Position numbers and translations under genes: made by a program. Shown piece by piece: positions 12,465 through 22,394 of a stretch of 36,158 nucleotides of DNA (position 1 is its first letter; each line of letters starts with the position of its first letter). The stretch is from Basidiobolus meristosporus CBS 931.73 (taxonomy: Eukaryota > Fungi > Basidiobolomycota): assembly GCA_002104905.1 (NCBI GenBank), contig MCFE01000789.1, positions 1 through 36,158 of the forward strand. Reading direction: 5' to 3'. Below the pieces are notes generated by a model. It made no database searches. It was not told where the DNA came from and saw only the letters and a list, made by a program, of their open reading frames with translations.

Positions 12465-14469
12465 CTAAGTAGTGAAGGAAACGCCTGATACTCTATATCC
12501 AGGATTGTTATCCGAGTTTAACCTTGATATAGTGGTCTGCAGCGGACGGTATTAGATGAGCTACCAAGGATTGAACAGGCAGTTGGGATTTTACCTTCGG
12601 TCTCCGATGTGAATCCGACATGTAGCCTATCCCCTGGAATTTGTGCATGAGAGTAAATACCTGGCGCAATAAGATGAATACTGTATCACACTTACCATGC
12701 TAGGAGTGGAGTGTGTATACCAAAACTCTCCATCTTCATATATGCAAGCATGTTAGTTGAGTACAAGGCGGTATACGAACGCAGAAGGACCATACTTCGG
12801 AGATCTTCGTCAAGTTTCAATATTATCAGCCCAATATTCTTCTCTTCGTACGACGCTAAACGCTTGGAGGCTTCGCCCTATTAGCAGGCACAGCGCTTTA
12901 TACGATGACTCCACCACATACCTAAGAAATCGTGCTGCATATAGGAGTCCAAGGCACTGTGCGTATCTTCCGTGCATACCAGCCGATCACAGCATGTTTT
13001 GGCCGCCAGAATTTTCATGATCTGTTCGCCGGTGCCTAAGGCATTTGTGAATATCGATTGGTGAAAGGGTTCGCGACTAAAGAGCTACCTGTGACACTGC
13101 ACGCGAAGCCGGGCGTTTTGTTGGGATTCTGCGCCCAGCAGCCAGCCCCGTAAACAGCCGCCTGGAGACATGGTTATGCGGCGTACCAAAGGAATTGTCG
13201 CTCGCGCAAAAGCTTACCTCGCCAACCCTCCCAGGGAATTTGAGACAAATCCCGCCTGAGCTAACGCCCGATGCTAGATTTCCTGTGGAATCTATGCAGA
13301 TGGCACCGACCGTGTCCATCAACTACACTTACAGTTGAATATCACCTTCAGCAAGTGATCAGTACAACACTCAGCTTACGTTTCGATCGAGTCTCGCTTT
13401 TTTCCTGGATTCCGGCTGAGTTGCAACCTCCGTTTCTTCGCAATCAGCTGGACTATTGCGGTTCATCTCGTGTTGTAGACGCTCGATATATGTGTGGTAG
13501 CTTGCTTTGGCCTCACCTAGAAACCGGTCAAGATCGAAAATAGTACGCAACGTAGAAGATGGTCCCATTGACATACTTGAAACTAATGCTCCTTCTTCGG
13601 GATTAAAGCATTGGATTTGCTGTGTTTTCGCCCACTTTCTTGCCCCATCCCCAGCCAAGAATCTATGCAACAAAGGGATCGTTAGAAGCCAGTTATTGCA
13701 AAGAGCATAAAGGTCTGTATACACACATGGGTGATATTCTCCCTAAAGATAGCGGTTCTTCAGAATCGGCACGCAGAAGGCGCGCTGCAGCTGAGATGGG
13801 ATTATAAATCCCTAGAACAAGGCTCAGCCAATCGTCTGTGGGTGAGGATTCCTCTAGCAGCCTACCTGACACTGCGCCCACACTAGCAAATCTTTCTTCG
13901 AGGCCTTCCATAACGCTGGCGTCACACTCCACCTCGCCGACGAGATTCAGGTTGGAGCCGAAGCCTGGCCGTAGCGGAACGTGGGTCAACAGAGTTACCG
14001 AAAAGCTTCGAGCTGTGTAGAGGAAATACCTGCGTTGGTGAACGGATCGTTCTGATCGTGCGATTAGTACGTTGCCCAAGTAACGTTCTTATGTCAACCA
14101 TACCTCCAAAACCTTGATGGCTTCTTCAACCGCGTCCAAAGCACTGCCGCCCGCTCGAAGGATCGTCATACCAGCCAAACAGGCGCTATCACCGGAAGAA
14201 CATCAAAACAGGTCAGCCTAACTCGTTTCGTCCTTTCCCTTTATATGTCTAACTCACTTCGAGCATGCTTTTCGATATAGCCTCTCTTTCTTGTACCCAT
14301 GAAATCCTATCCGACAGGAAGGTGGTTAATGTCAACATGGGGCCAGGGTAATCCGCCAAACAGGAAGTGTAGAAAGGGAGGTTTATTAATGCTGGGGAAT
14401 GATCGGGAGGTGTTGAAGGGGAATTGTGCTTCCCTAACCTGCTCCCACGTGTACTGCAATGAAGGCCAT
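12465..14469 (-). CDS. TASP1: Threonine aspartase 1 (taspase-1, Ntn-hydrolase/asparaginase type 2), 15 exons
   Basis: Hand splicing over 14 GT-AG introns gives MAFIAVHVGAGFHG...NDPFTNAGFGSNLNLVGEVECDASVM...MD/[42 protein letters not shown]...GTGEQIM...HSTPSMGIGYMS...TTISRL. Autocleavage Asp-Thr is at 13316-13311. Confidence 0.92.
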
Positions 14470-14526
14470 TATGAGGAACGTAAGCGAAGAAGCACCACTT
14501 GGATTGAACACCGAGTTAGTTGCGCG

Positions 14527-14536
14527 ATCACGTGAT
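14527..14536. promoter_or_regulatory. Palindromic E-box ATCACGTGAT (Cbf1/bHLH-Zip type site) in the divergent TASP1-HGSNAT intergenic region
   Basis: Perfect 10-bp palindrome 58 bp upstream of the taspase ATG; function is inferred only. Confidence 0.35.
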
Positions 14537-15445
14537 GAAATCGAATGAGGTATGGATTGAAGTAGGAGACAACAGGCGTGAAAGACACTCAGTATTTAAT
14601 TAAATAGATGAATAGAGGCGGTCATGGGCCATTGCTGGATGGTGTGTACCTCGGCCTCAGGTGGCACAGAAAGACTTCAAGTAGTGGAAACGGACACCGG
14701 GTGTGGGTGATCTGCTGTCAAGGATGGGCGCATACAGACCAAACTGCATAGCTAAGCATAGACATCATGACAGCTTGCTTACGGTTCGTGCAAGTTGCCG
14801 TAAACTCAAGCCCCGCAATTTCGACCATATATAGTGAATAGGTCATTCGCGGGTAGATCATGCCAGCCAATCCCGCGCCATCATACCGACCCAAGCCTGG
14901 TGTGAGGAGGGTTGTATCACCTGGAGGACTGGTCTTCGCATGCAGCATGGTGGTAATGACTTGGAATCTGTCCAACGCTGCTGTTTACTTAACAACGTTA
15001 TGCGCATCACGGATCGCTGGGGTGATTCCTGCACACCCGTCACTATTTGACGGTGAATCTGGTGCTCTAGCCGCCACATGCTGCAAACCAGTAGCTGTGA
15101 CGGCAGATGGGTTGTTTCATCCGCTGGGCCCACGGTTGCCTATCAGTCCCCAGTAGGGAGTTGTAACGAGAAGAAAGGATCGGCGTCAATGGGATTATGC
15201 ATACTTAATGGGGAATCCACGGCTCACCCGTGACTTCTCTGGATCGAATAAGCGCCTCTCGAGAGGTAAGCAACGCCTGGTATTGTAGCGAAGGATCGAG
15301 TGAGCTGGCAGACAATTGGTTGGCGCTGATGATCCTCATATCCGGATGGCGTCTATTTCTGGCTCGGAACCGCTGACGAGCTTCGTAACGGCATATTTGG
15401 AAGGCGGGCCAGGTGGTCGGATTCAAGACAAATAGACGGCTGGGG

Positions 15446-15453
15446 TATATAAG
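15446..15453 (+). promoter_or_regulatory. TATA box (TATATAAG) upstream of HGSNAT
   Basis: Canonical motif about 50 bp before the ATG at 15503. Confidence 0.5.
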
Positions 15454-15502
15454 CAGGGATGCGCTCTGCAATCAGACTAGATCCCTATCCAACAACAGCA
15501 CG

Positions 15503-16807
15503 ATGAATGCCGAGAAGCCGGAAAGCAGGACCGTGGCAGAGGGTGGCTGTACCAACCCTGCCCTCAAAACACAAGATACAGAAATAACCATTTCACAGAC
15601 AGACCGTCTCAAGCAGCACCGTCTAGCGTCATTGGATGTTTCCAGAGGACTTACGATTATGCTCATGATACTTGTCAACTATCAGGTGGAGCCATACATA
15701 CAGCTTGAGCATCCCGAGTGGTTCGGCTTCTCTCTGGCGGACTCCGTCTTCCCGAACTTTGTGTTTATCATGGGGCTGGCTATTCCCTTGGCCATGTCAT
15801 CAGGTAGGAAGCCTGCAGGGTGGAGGCTCTGGCTGCAGGTGTTAAAACGGTTCGTTCTGATCTTTTTAATCGGTGTTTGGGTGAACACGTTTCCGTTCAA
15901 TTCGCCTGATCTGAGTCGATCGTGGAGGCCCTTGGGCGTCTTACAAAGACTTGCTGTGTGCTATCTGGTATGCTCCGTCGCATTCATACTCTGCAGCGGC
16001 AAACCTCGTAGGTCCTGGCAATACTGGTATCTCAGGGTGGGGTTTCCTCTTAGCGCATTCGTGCTCTGGCTGGCGCTTACTTATGGCATCTATGTTCCAT
16101 TTGAAGGGTGCGGCAGAGGTATGCTGACTCCAGAATGCTCTGCAGAGGGATTTGTCGATAGCCAAATCCTTACTGCGGGCCACAACTACAACCAGAAGCT
16201 CTACGATCCCGAAGGGGTGCTCTCGGACATAACCGCATGCATCACCTGTTGGATTGGTATGATGGTCGGCATGAATCTTGTCAAACGACAGGCACAGCTC
16301 TCAGAAACATCCTATTGTTATCAAAAGGTTGCCCAACTCTGTCTGATAGCCATGAGCCTTTTACTTGTGACCTACTTTCTAAACGCTGGAATCCCCATAA
16401 GCAAGGTCCTTTGGACGCCTACATTTGTTTTGATGGCTGGCGCCTTATCCCTCTCCACGCTAGCCATGTTTATGTACCTGGTGGATATTTTGGGCTTGTT
16501 GAATTCCGGGTACAACGTGCTGCGAGGCTTTTTTCGGATGTTTGTTGTCGTCGGGAAGAATCCTTTGTTTCTCTATGTGCTGTCGGAGAACCTGGCCAGC
16601 ATCCTTACCACCATAGAAGTTTCCTCCAACGCCCACTACGCGCAAGATGGAAAGGTGAGTCTGTGGGGACTTCTCTTCCAGGCGGTGCTCGCATCCTGGC
16701 TTCCAACTCGGTTCGCTTCCTTGGTGTGGTCGCTGATATGGGTCTTTTTGATATACGTCCCCATCGCCTTCGTGCTCGACTGGCGTGGATGGTATATACG
16801 AATCTAG
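15503..16807 (+). CDS. HGSNAT: Heparan-alpha-glucosaminide N-acetyltransferase-like membrane protein (HGSNAT/DUF5009 family), single exon, 434 aa
   Basis: RLASLDVSRGLTIMLMILVN, EHPEWFGFSLADSVFPNFVFIMG (family His retained), GVLQRL, YDPEGVL, PISKVLW, GKNPLFLYVLSE. First ATG at 15503 (the track start is GTG). Confidence 0.9.
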   Translation: MNAEKPESRTVAEGGCTNPALKTQDTEITISQTDRLKQHRLASLDVSRGLTIMLMILVNYQVEPYIQLEHPEWFGFSLADSVFPNFVFIMGLAIPLAMSSGRKPAGWRLWLQVLKRFVLIFLIGVWVNTFPFNSPDLSRSWRPLGVLQRLAVCYLVCSVAFILCSGKPRRSWQYWYLRVGFPLSAFVLWLALTYGIYVPFEGCGRGMLTPECSAEGFVDSQILTAGHNYNQKLYDPEGVLSDITACITCWIGMMVGMNLVKRQAQLSETSYCYQKVAQLCLIAMSLLLVTYFLNAGIPISKVLWTPTFVLMAGALSLSTLAMFMYLVDILGLLNSGYNVLRGFFRMFVVVGKNPLFLYVLSENLASILTTIEVSSNAHYAQDGKVSLWGLLFQAVLASWLPTRFASLVWSLIWVFLIYVPIAFVLDWRGWYIRI

Positions 16808-17333
16808 GAGGGCCCGTGACCAAGGACCTACCACAGGTGATAGAAAACCATCCGGCTCCCTCCACACATATCATTACTGAATACCCAGGACGAGAATGAA
16901 TCGTTGAACCCTAACGCCAAAGGGAAAGGGGTGTTGAAAGTTCCACTGCAATAAAATCCCCTCCACTAGATATCCTGCTGAGTGGGACGGGTTCGTACCA
17001 CTGGCACTGACTATGCCCTTCCATCGTGAAGTCAATATACTATGGCAACCAGCATTATTGAGCAGAACTATGTAACAAATCAAAGCACTCCTGGCCAGAG
17101 TCGTCTGATTAAAACACCATCCACCCATGAATCAGTGTTCGTGTGGCTCCAGCACTTCAATCCTCATTGCGTCATAGGAGCTCCCGTGACCATTCAACCA
17201 GCAGGGAATTCATGAGGATGAAGAATCCCTGATTTTCCCTAATTTTTCTAGCAGCCAAGCACACCCTATAGAAATCGCAGGGATCAACAGGCTCCATCAA
17301 AACAGGCCAGCTTCTTTCTCCTAACCATTCACC

Positions 17334-20203
17334 ATGTTTTCAGGACGAGGGAAGAAGAGAGACGTTAGCACCAGAGGAACCAACGAGTGGGAGGAGTTCA
17401 ATTTCGACATACCCAACCTAGATGAGGTGGAGGTTTCGGAGCATCTGGATGAGAACGACCTGAACGATCCCGATTTATTGGTACGTCACGTTGCAGGTTT
17501 GGAGTTGAAAACTATAGTGGAGAGGATCGCTCCGAGACTCGGCTCCACTTATTCTTGCCACTCTCCTCTACGTGTTCATGTTAGGGTTGCAGTATGGATG
17601 TTGCATTATTAACTTGCTTTTTGCTCACTCTGAAGAAAGAGTTGCAGGCTTTAAGTGGTATCGGAGCACCCAAGCCGAAGCCTAAGAGCAAGCCCAAGCC
17701 TGCGGCAAGCCAAAACTACCTGGATGGATTGGACTTGGACGCGTTGCAGAATCTTGGCGACGAGGAGGAGGTGGAGGTAGAACTCACGGAGGAGGATTTA
17801 AACGACCCGAATCTACTAGTAGGTAGTTTCTACGAGCAATGTATCCACGCAATAAGCTGATCAACCCTTTGTACGAACATTTTCGTCTTTTAAGAGTCAA
17901 CTTTCGGCATTCGAGTCTCTGGAGGAGGTGGAGAAGGGCGGTTCTCAAACAACCGCCGTTCCGGAGGTGGACACAGTCCCAGAGCCCTCGAAGGTAGATA
18001 TGCCACCAAGCCACCTCGACACCAACGAAGAAAAGCCCAAAGTGGCCGAAGGGACCCCGGTAACCTGTTCTTCCAACGACGTTGAAAGCAGTCGGGTTGA
18101 GGCGATTCCAAATCTTTCGCCAACAGAAATCGAGGCGGAAGTGCCAGTCAGTCTTGTAGACGTTACCGAGCCAATAGAGCCAACTCCGCCTACCGTGCCG
18201 AAGCCCGACCCATCCGTGCAGATTGAGCTTATCAAGCAAAGGATGCAAGAGTTCAAGCAAGCCGCGCTGTTTTATAAGCGACACAATGACATGCCTACGG
18301 CCAGATCCATGCTTGCCATTTCGAAATCCTTACAACAGCCCCTTGACATCCTCTCTCTCGGTGGGCAACTGGATGAACACTTTGAGCTTCCCAGTGTCCC
18401 GGTACTAACACCACCGCCGACTACTAAGGGCTCGGAGGCAGCGTCTCCAATGCCACCCAAGACCGCTAGCAAGCCAAGTCCCGCGAAGCGGGAGCCGAAG
18501 AGCGACGGAAAGAAAAGCACCAGGTTGCAGGGGGTTACCGAGTCATTTGATCTTCGCGAGGTCATGGAGGACCCGATGGTTAGTCAGGTAAGCAGATCGT
18601 CGATCCTTCAACATCGCAGAAAGTCTCCTCAAGGCCACGCTTAACACGTGACCGTCTTTAGATCACCTCTAAATCCCCCAAGGAGCAATACTCGGAAATG
18701 TGCCGGCAGCTAGAGCAACAGATCACCTACTGTACGTCGATTGCCGCGCACTACTACAAGGCTGGGGAGAAGGCCAGCGCGCTACAGTTTCACAAGCTGA
18801 AGAAGAGTTTCTTGGCCGACCTGGCCTCGCTCCGCTCCTACGAGGAGCACCAAAGGCCGGTTCCGAGATTCCACTACCAAGACGTCACATACATGATCGA
18901 GAACGCCTTCTACGACATCCCGGTGAACGAGATGGAGTTCGAGATCGTCCGCGGGTTTCACCTGGGCGTCAAGGAGGTCAGCGGCAACAACGTCGATGCT
19001 TATGTCAGCTTCGATCTCGGATGGCCCACCGAGGGCTCCGGGCCTGGCAAAGGTGACACCGCGGTGATCCGGAAATCCATGGATCCAGGTAAGCGCGCAC
19101 GAACGTCTTGTGTACCGTACTGCATCTGACCCGACCGACAGAATTCCAATTCAACCGCCGCATCCCGATCGAGCGGACCAGATCTTTCCAGCGGTTCGTC
19201 GAACGGAAGAAAGCGGTGTTCGAGGTGTTCCATTATCGGGGATTCCTATGGCGCGCGGTGTCCCTGGGGAAGGTCCAGGTGAAGCTGGACAGACTGCTCC
19301 ACCGATGTGAGATCCACGAGGTCCTGGAGGTAAGTGATTCGGTTCCGGCGTCTCCACTCGCATCCTAACAAGCTCCCCGTTCGCCCCAGCTGTTGGACGC
19401 CAACCGCAGACCCACGGGCGGAAAGCTGGAGATCAAGATTCGATTACGAAACCCATTGCTCAAAGCCGATATCTCGACCAAATCCGAGAAATGGCTGTTC
19501 CTGGAATTCGATCAACCCGGTAATCCTTCCGCTGCGCCCATACCAGCATCATCCCCAGCCCCAGCCCCCGCCCCCGCCCCCGCCTCCGCTCCAGCACAGC
19601 CAGTTGCCACCGATCCACAGCCTCCTAGAACCGAAGCTTCCCCAACACAGCCAGCAGACGTCGATGTCAAGATGGACGCTCCGTCGCCTCATCCCAGTGA
19701 CAAATCCAAACCGTCACAGCAAAAGAAATCCCAGGCCCCAAGTGCCGTGGAGGAGCCGGACGAGCTTCAACTGGCCATAGAGGAGTTCAACAGGTAAGCA
19801 AATGGTAAACCACACCCCAATCCCCTCGTCCCACTAACATGAACGGCACATCGCAAACAGCCCCGACAAGCTGGTATCGAACATGGTGCTGGAGCAAGAG
19901 CTCCAGCTCGTCCAAGCGCGCATAAGCCAGTCACGCCAACCGGCCGACGACCTACTTGATCGACAACAAGCGTTGGACATCAAGATGAACATGCTTGTGA
20001 TTCAGGTTCAAACCGGCCAGCTCACCATGGACGGCTACCTCCAGCAAGTCCGGGAGGCGATCAGGAGCACCAAACGACTCGCGCTCATCTTCAAAAACCA
20101 CCAGAACATGGAGTTGGCCAAACACGCGCTAGCCAGAATCAAAACCATGTCGCAGGAAGTTGAGGAAGCGGAGAAGGCCATGGCCGAAGGACTGATGGAG
20201 TGA
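17334..20203 (+). CDS. CC2D1: Coiled-coil and C2 domain-containing protein 1 (CC2D1A/B, Lgd homologue), 7 exons
   Basis: Exons 17334-17480, 17636-17818, 17895-18587, 18662-19088, 19142-19329, 19390-19793 and 19861-20203 splice in frame. DM14 repeat (KQRMQEFKQAALFYKRHNDMPTA); C2 domain ending RRPTGGKLEIKIRLRNPL, as in animal CC2D1. Confidence 0.88.
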
Positions 20204-20284
20204 TCCCGCTCCTTCACCCTCGCGCCTCCTCTCGTGCGAGGTCCACTCATTTCGCATACTTCTCCACCTCCACCCTCACCCATG

Positions 20285-20323
20285 CCCACACCTACGCCCA
20301 CGCCCACACCCACACCCACACCC
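20285..20323 (+). repeat. Imperfect (CCCACA)n hexamer repeat downstream of the CC2D1 stop
   Basis: cccaca cctacg cccacg cccaca cccaca cccaca ccc. Confidence 0.85.
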
Positions 20324-20749
20324 ATTCCACGTCTCTAGGCTAGTCTATTGATCGGGCCACCAATGGAATTGAATCACGTTTCAGTGAAACGCGATAACTC
20401 AGAACCCATTAAATTTGATTGAATTCGCCACCGTTCCACGTATCCATCGTCGAGTTCCAATTCGTGAACGCAAGACTGAAGGTGCCACCCGGTCTAGCGT
20501 GCATTTGGTGGCAGCCGAACAACCGCATTTCATGCTGAAAGAGTTCTGGGGGTATTGGGAGCGATTGAGAGGTGTTGCAAATCTTGGGATCTCACCTAAA
20601 TGTTGTCGTCCTAAAGATTTGGTTTGCACCTGAACCATTCGTATGGGGCAAGATTCTCCTTGGCTTGTTGCTAAGTTCTGAATTGTCCACTTGAGGTTTG
20701 GCTCCTAAGATGTGAGCTAATTCTCAGAATCGGTGAGGGCCTGGAAGTT

Positions 20750-22034
20750 ATCAACCCTCTCCAACCTGTCCAAAAGCCCTCGAACTTTTCACACAGCTTC
20801 CTGAGGCCTTATGCCATAGTTTGTTCGCTGGTTCCCAGACCTCCTGTTCTTCAGCCAGCAGTGGATGGCTTGGCACCTTGTCTGCCAGTGTTTGCAATGA
20901 ATCCTTGCAATATTCAAGTGTGTCTTCTTGAGCACCACTCTTCAAGAAGTGTGGCAACCTCTTAGTTTGTGTATTATTGTTCCAAAATTCCACCTTTGGA
21001 ATTGTCATAGCCAACTGAATTCTTGACATTGCTGCCATACTTGCCAGTGGGGTCTCCACACTGTCTACAACAGAGCATGTAGAGGCTACAAAAGGGGAAA
21101 TGCCTTTCTTGGTCAAATACTCCATCTCAATAGAGTGTTGCTCAACTGGCTGAACTTCAAGCTCCTGTGAAAACAATTGTTGTCTTGAGGGTAATCTTCT
21201 TTGTTATTATGAGATGTGGACTGTGCATAGTTAAATTTGTCATTTGGTGAGTGCTGCTGCTATTGCCTCCTTTTTCTCTGTCTCTGACTTGGGCAAGCTT
21301 TCTTTCCTTTCCCTTTTCCTTTACCCTTACCACTGCCAGAACTTTTCCTACTACACTGACTGAGTGCTTCTTGTATTGTACTACATTTCTTGCTTGATAA
21401 ATACTGCATTGATGCTACTGTTTCTGCTTACTTTCCCTTACTGATACTCTGCTGACTTCCTGACATTTCTTGCTATTTACTGGGTGATTTCAGCCTTGCA
21501 TGTGATTGGCTCATGAAGAAGGTGCTAGCATTTTGACCTGATATCCTGCTCTACTCCCTCTGATAATTCTACTACTCACAGGATATCTTCACAGGATTCT
21601 AATGTTAACCCAAAATCCACTTGCCTGCTTAAACTTGGGGTATTGTTCAAGGAACAGGTCATGTGCATTCTGCTTTTCTTTTAGTGCCTGATAGTCCAAT
21701 GGTATGCTAGCCTTTAGATGATTGTTTACCAAAGTTCTTATGGCATCCTGAATATGACCCACTCATTGTTATTGCACCCAATGGCTTCATGGATCTTCAA
21801 TGTCTTTGGATTTTTTGGCTACAGTATCTATATCACAGGCTCACCTTTCCATGCTATGATAGGATTTTCTGCAGGCTCTATTGTTGGTAATATTGTTATG
21901 CAGCAAAAAGCTGAACAACCCTCCACTGCTGCTATGTTGGGACACAGCTTGACTTTTGTGTGCATCATTGAGCTGCTTGAGTTCCTTCCTTATGATATAG
22001 ATATAGCATTCTCCACTTTGCATACTGATTGCTC
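20750..22034 (-). mobile_element. Decayed transposon-derived ORF remnant, family unresolved
   Basis: No CpG between about 20830 and 22034; a minus-strand protein-like frame riddled with TAA/TAG/TGA stops, plus a residual 141-codon ORF at 20751-21176. Confidence 0.5.
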
Positions 22035-22382
22035 TGATGTAAAAATTTGTATTTCCACCTAAATATTCACCTAACTTAGTCACTTAGATCATCACCTTCA
22101 AATCCTAGAGAATACTGACCAAATTCCTTGTTGGGATTTACTTGGAATATTTTCACCAAAATACCAGATACCCAGAAATGAAAATTCTCAAAGTTGTCCA
22201 AACAGCCCCAAACTTTGCACACATGTTCTTGGGACCTTCCTTAACCTATTCTACGTGTTTTTAATGCCAAGACAAGGTAAAAGTATAAATACTACTTTTA
22301 CATTCAATAAATCATTAAGTGAAAACCACCTAATCTACTTGTTCTCCAAATCACTTCCAATATCTCCAAGACTCTTACAACA
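22035..22382 (+). repeat. 5' LTR of copia copy 1
   Basis: TGATG(TGTTG)...CAACA; about 94% identical by eye to 27444-27791. Confidence 0.92.
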
Positions 22383-22394
22383 GGTTATGAGCCC
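22383..22394 (+). other. Primer-binding site GGTTATGAGCCC (initiator tRNA-Met anticodon arm, half-tRNA priming type)
   Basis: Immediately follows the 5' LTR; reverse complement GGGCTCATAACC matches the anticodon stem-loop of fungal initiator tRNA-Met, as used by Ty5 and Drosophila copia. Confidence 0.85.

Noticed and set aside
11194-12470. Several minus-strand open frames between the orphan gene and taspase, one about 140 codons without ATG
   Set aside because: No consistent splice model, start codon or family motif could be built; possibly a pseudogene, but unsupported.
15503-16807. Calling HGSNAT horizontally transferred because it lacks introns
   Set aside because: The permease and bZIP genes here are also intronless and composition matches the island; only a phylogeny can decide.
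2660-20325. Many antisense or alternate-frame ORFs overlapping the permease, bZIP, HGSNAT and CC2D1
   Set aside because: Expected shadows of GC-rich coding sequence; none has a recognisable motif.
20373-20395. Quasi-palindrome ATC-A-CGTTTCA-G-TGAAACG-C-GAT near the island edge as a Helitron 3' hairpin
   Set aside because: No correctly spaced CTRR terminus and no other Helitron evidence.
22255-22386. ORF-track N-terminal extension of gag
   Set aside because: Starts at GTG inside the 5' LTR; not a plausible eukaryotic start.
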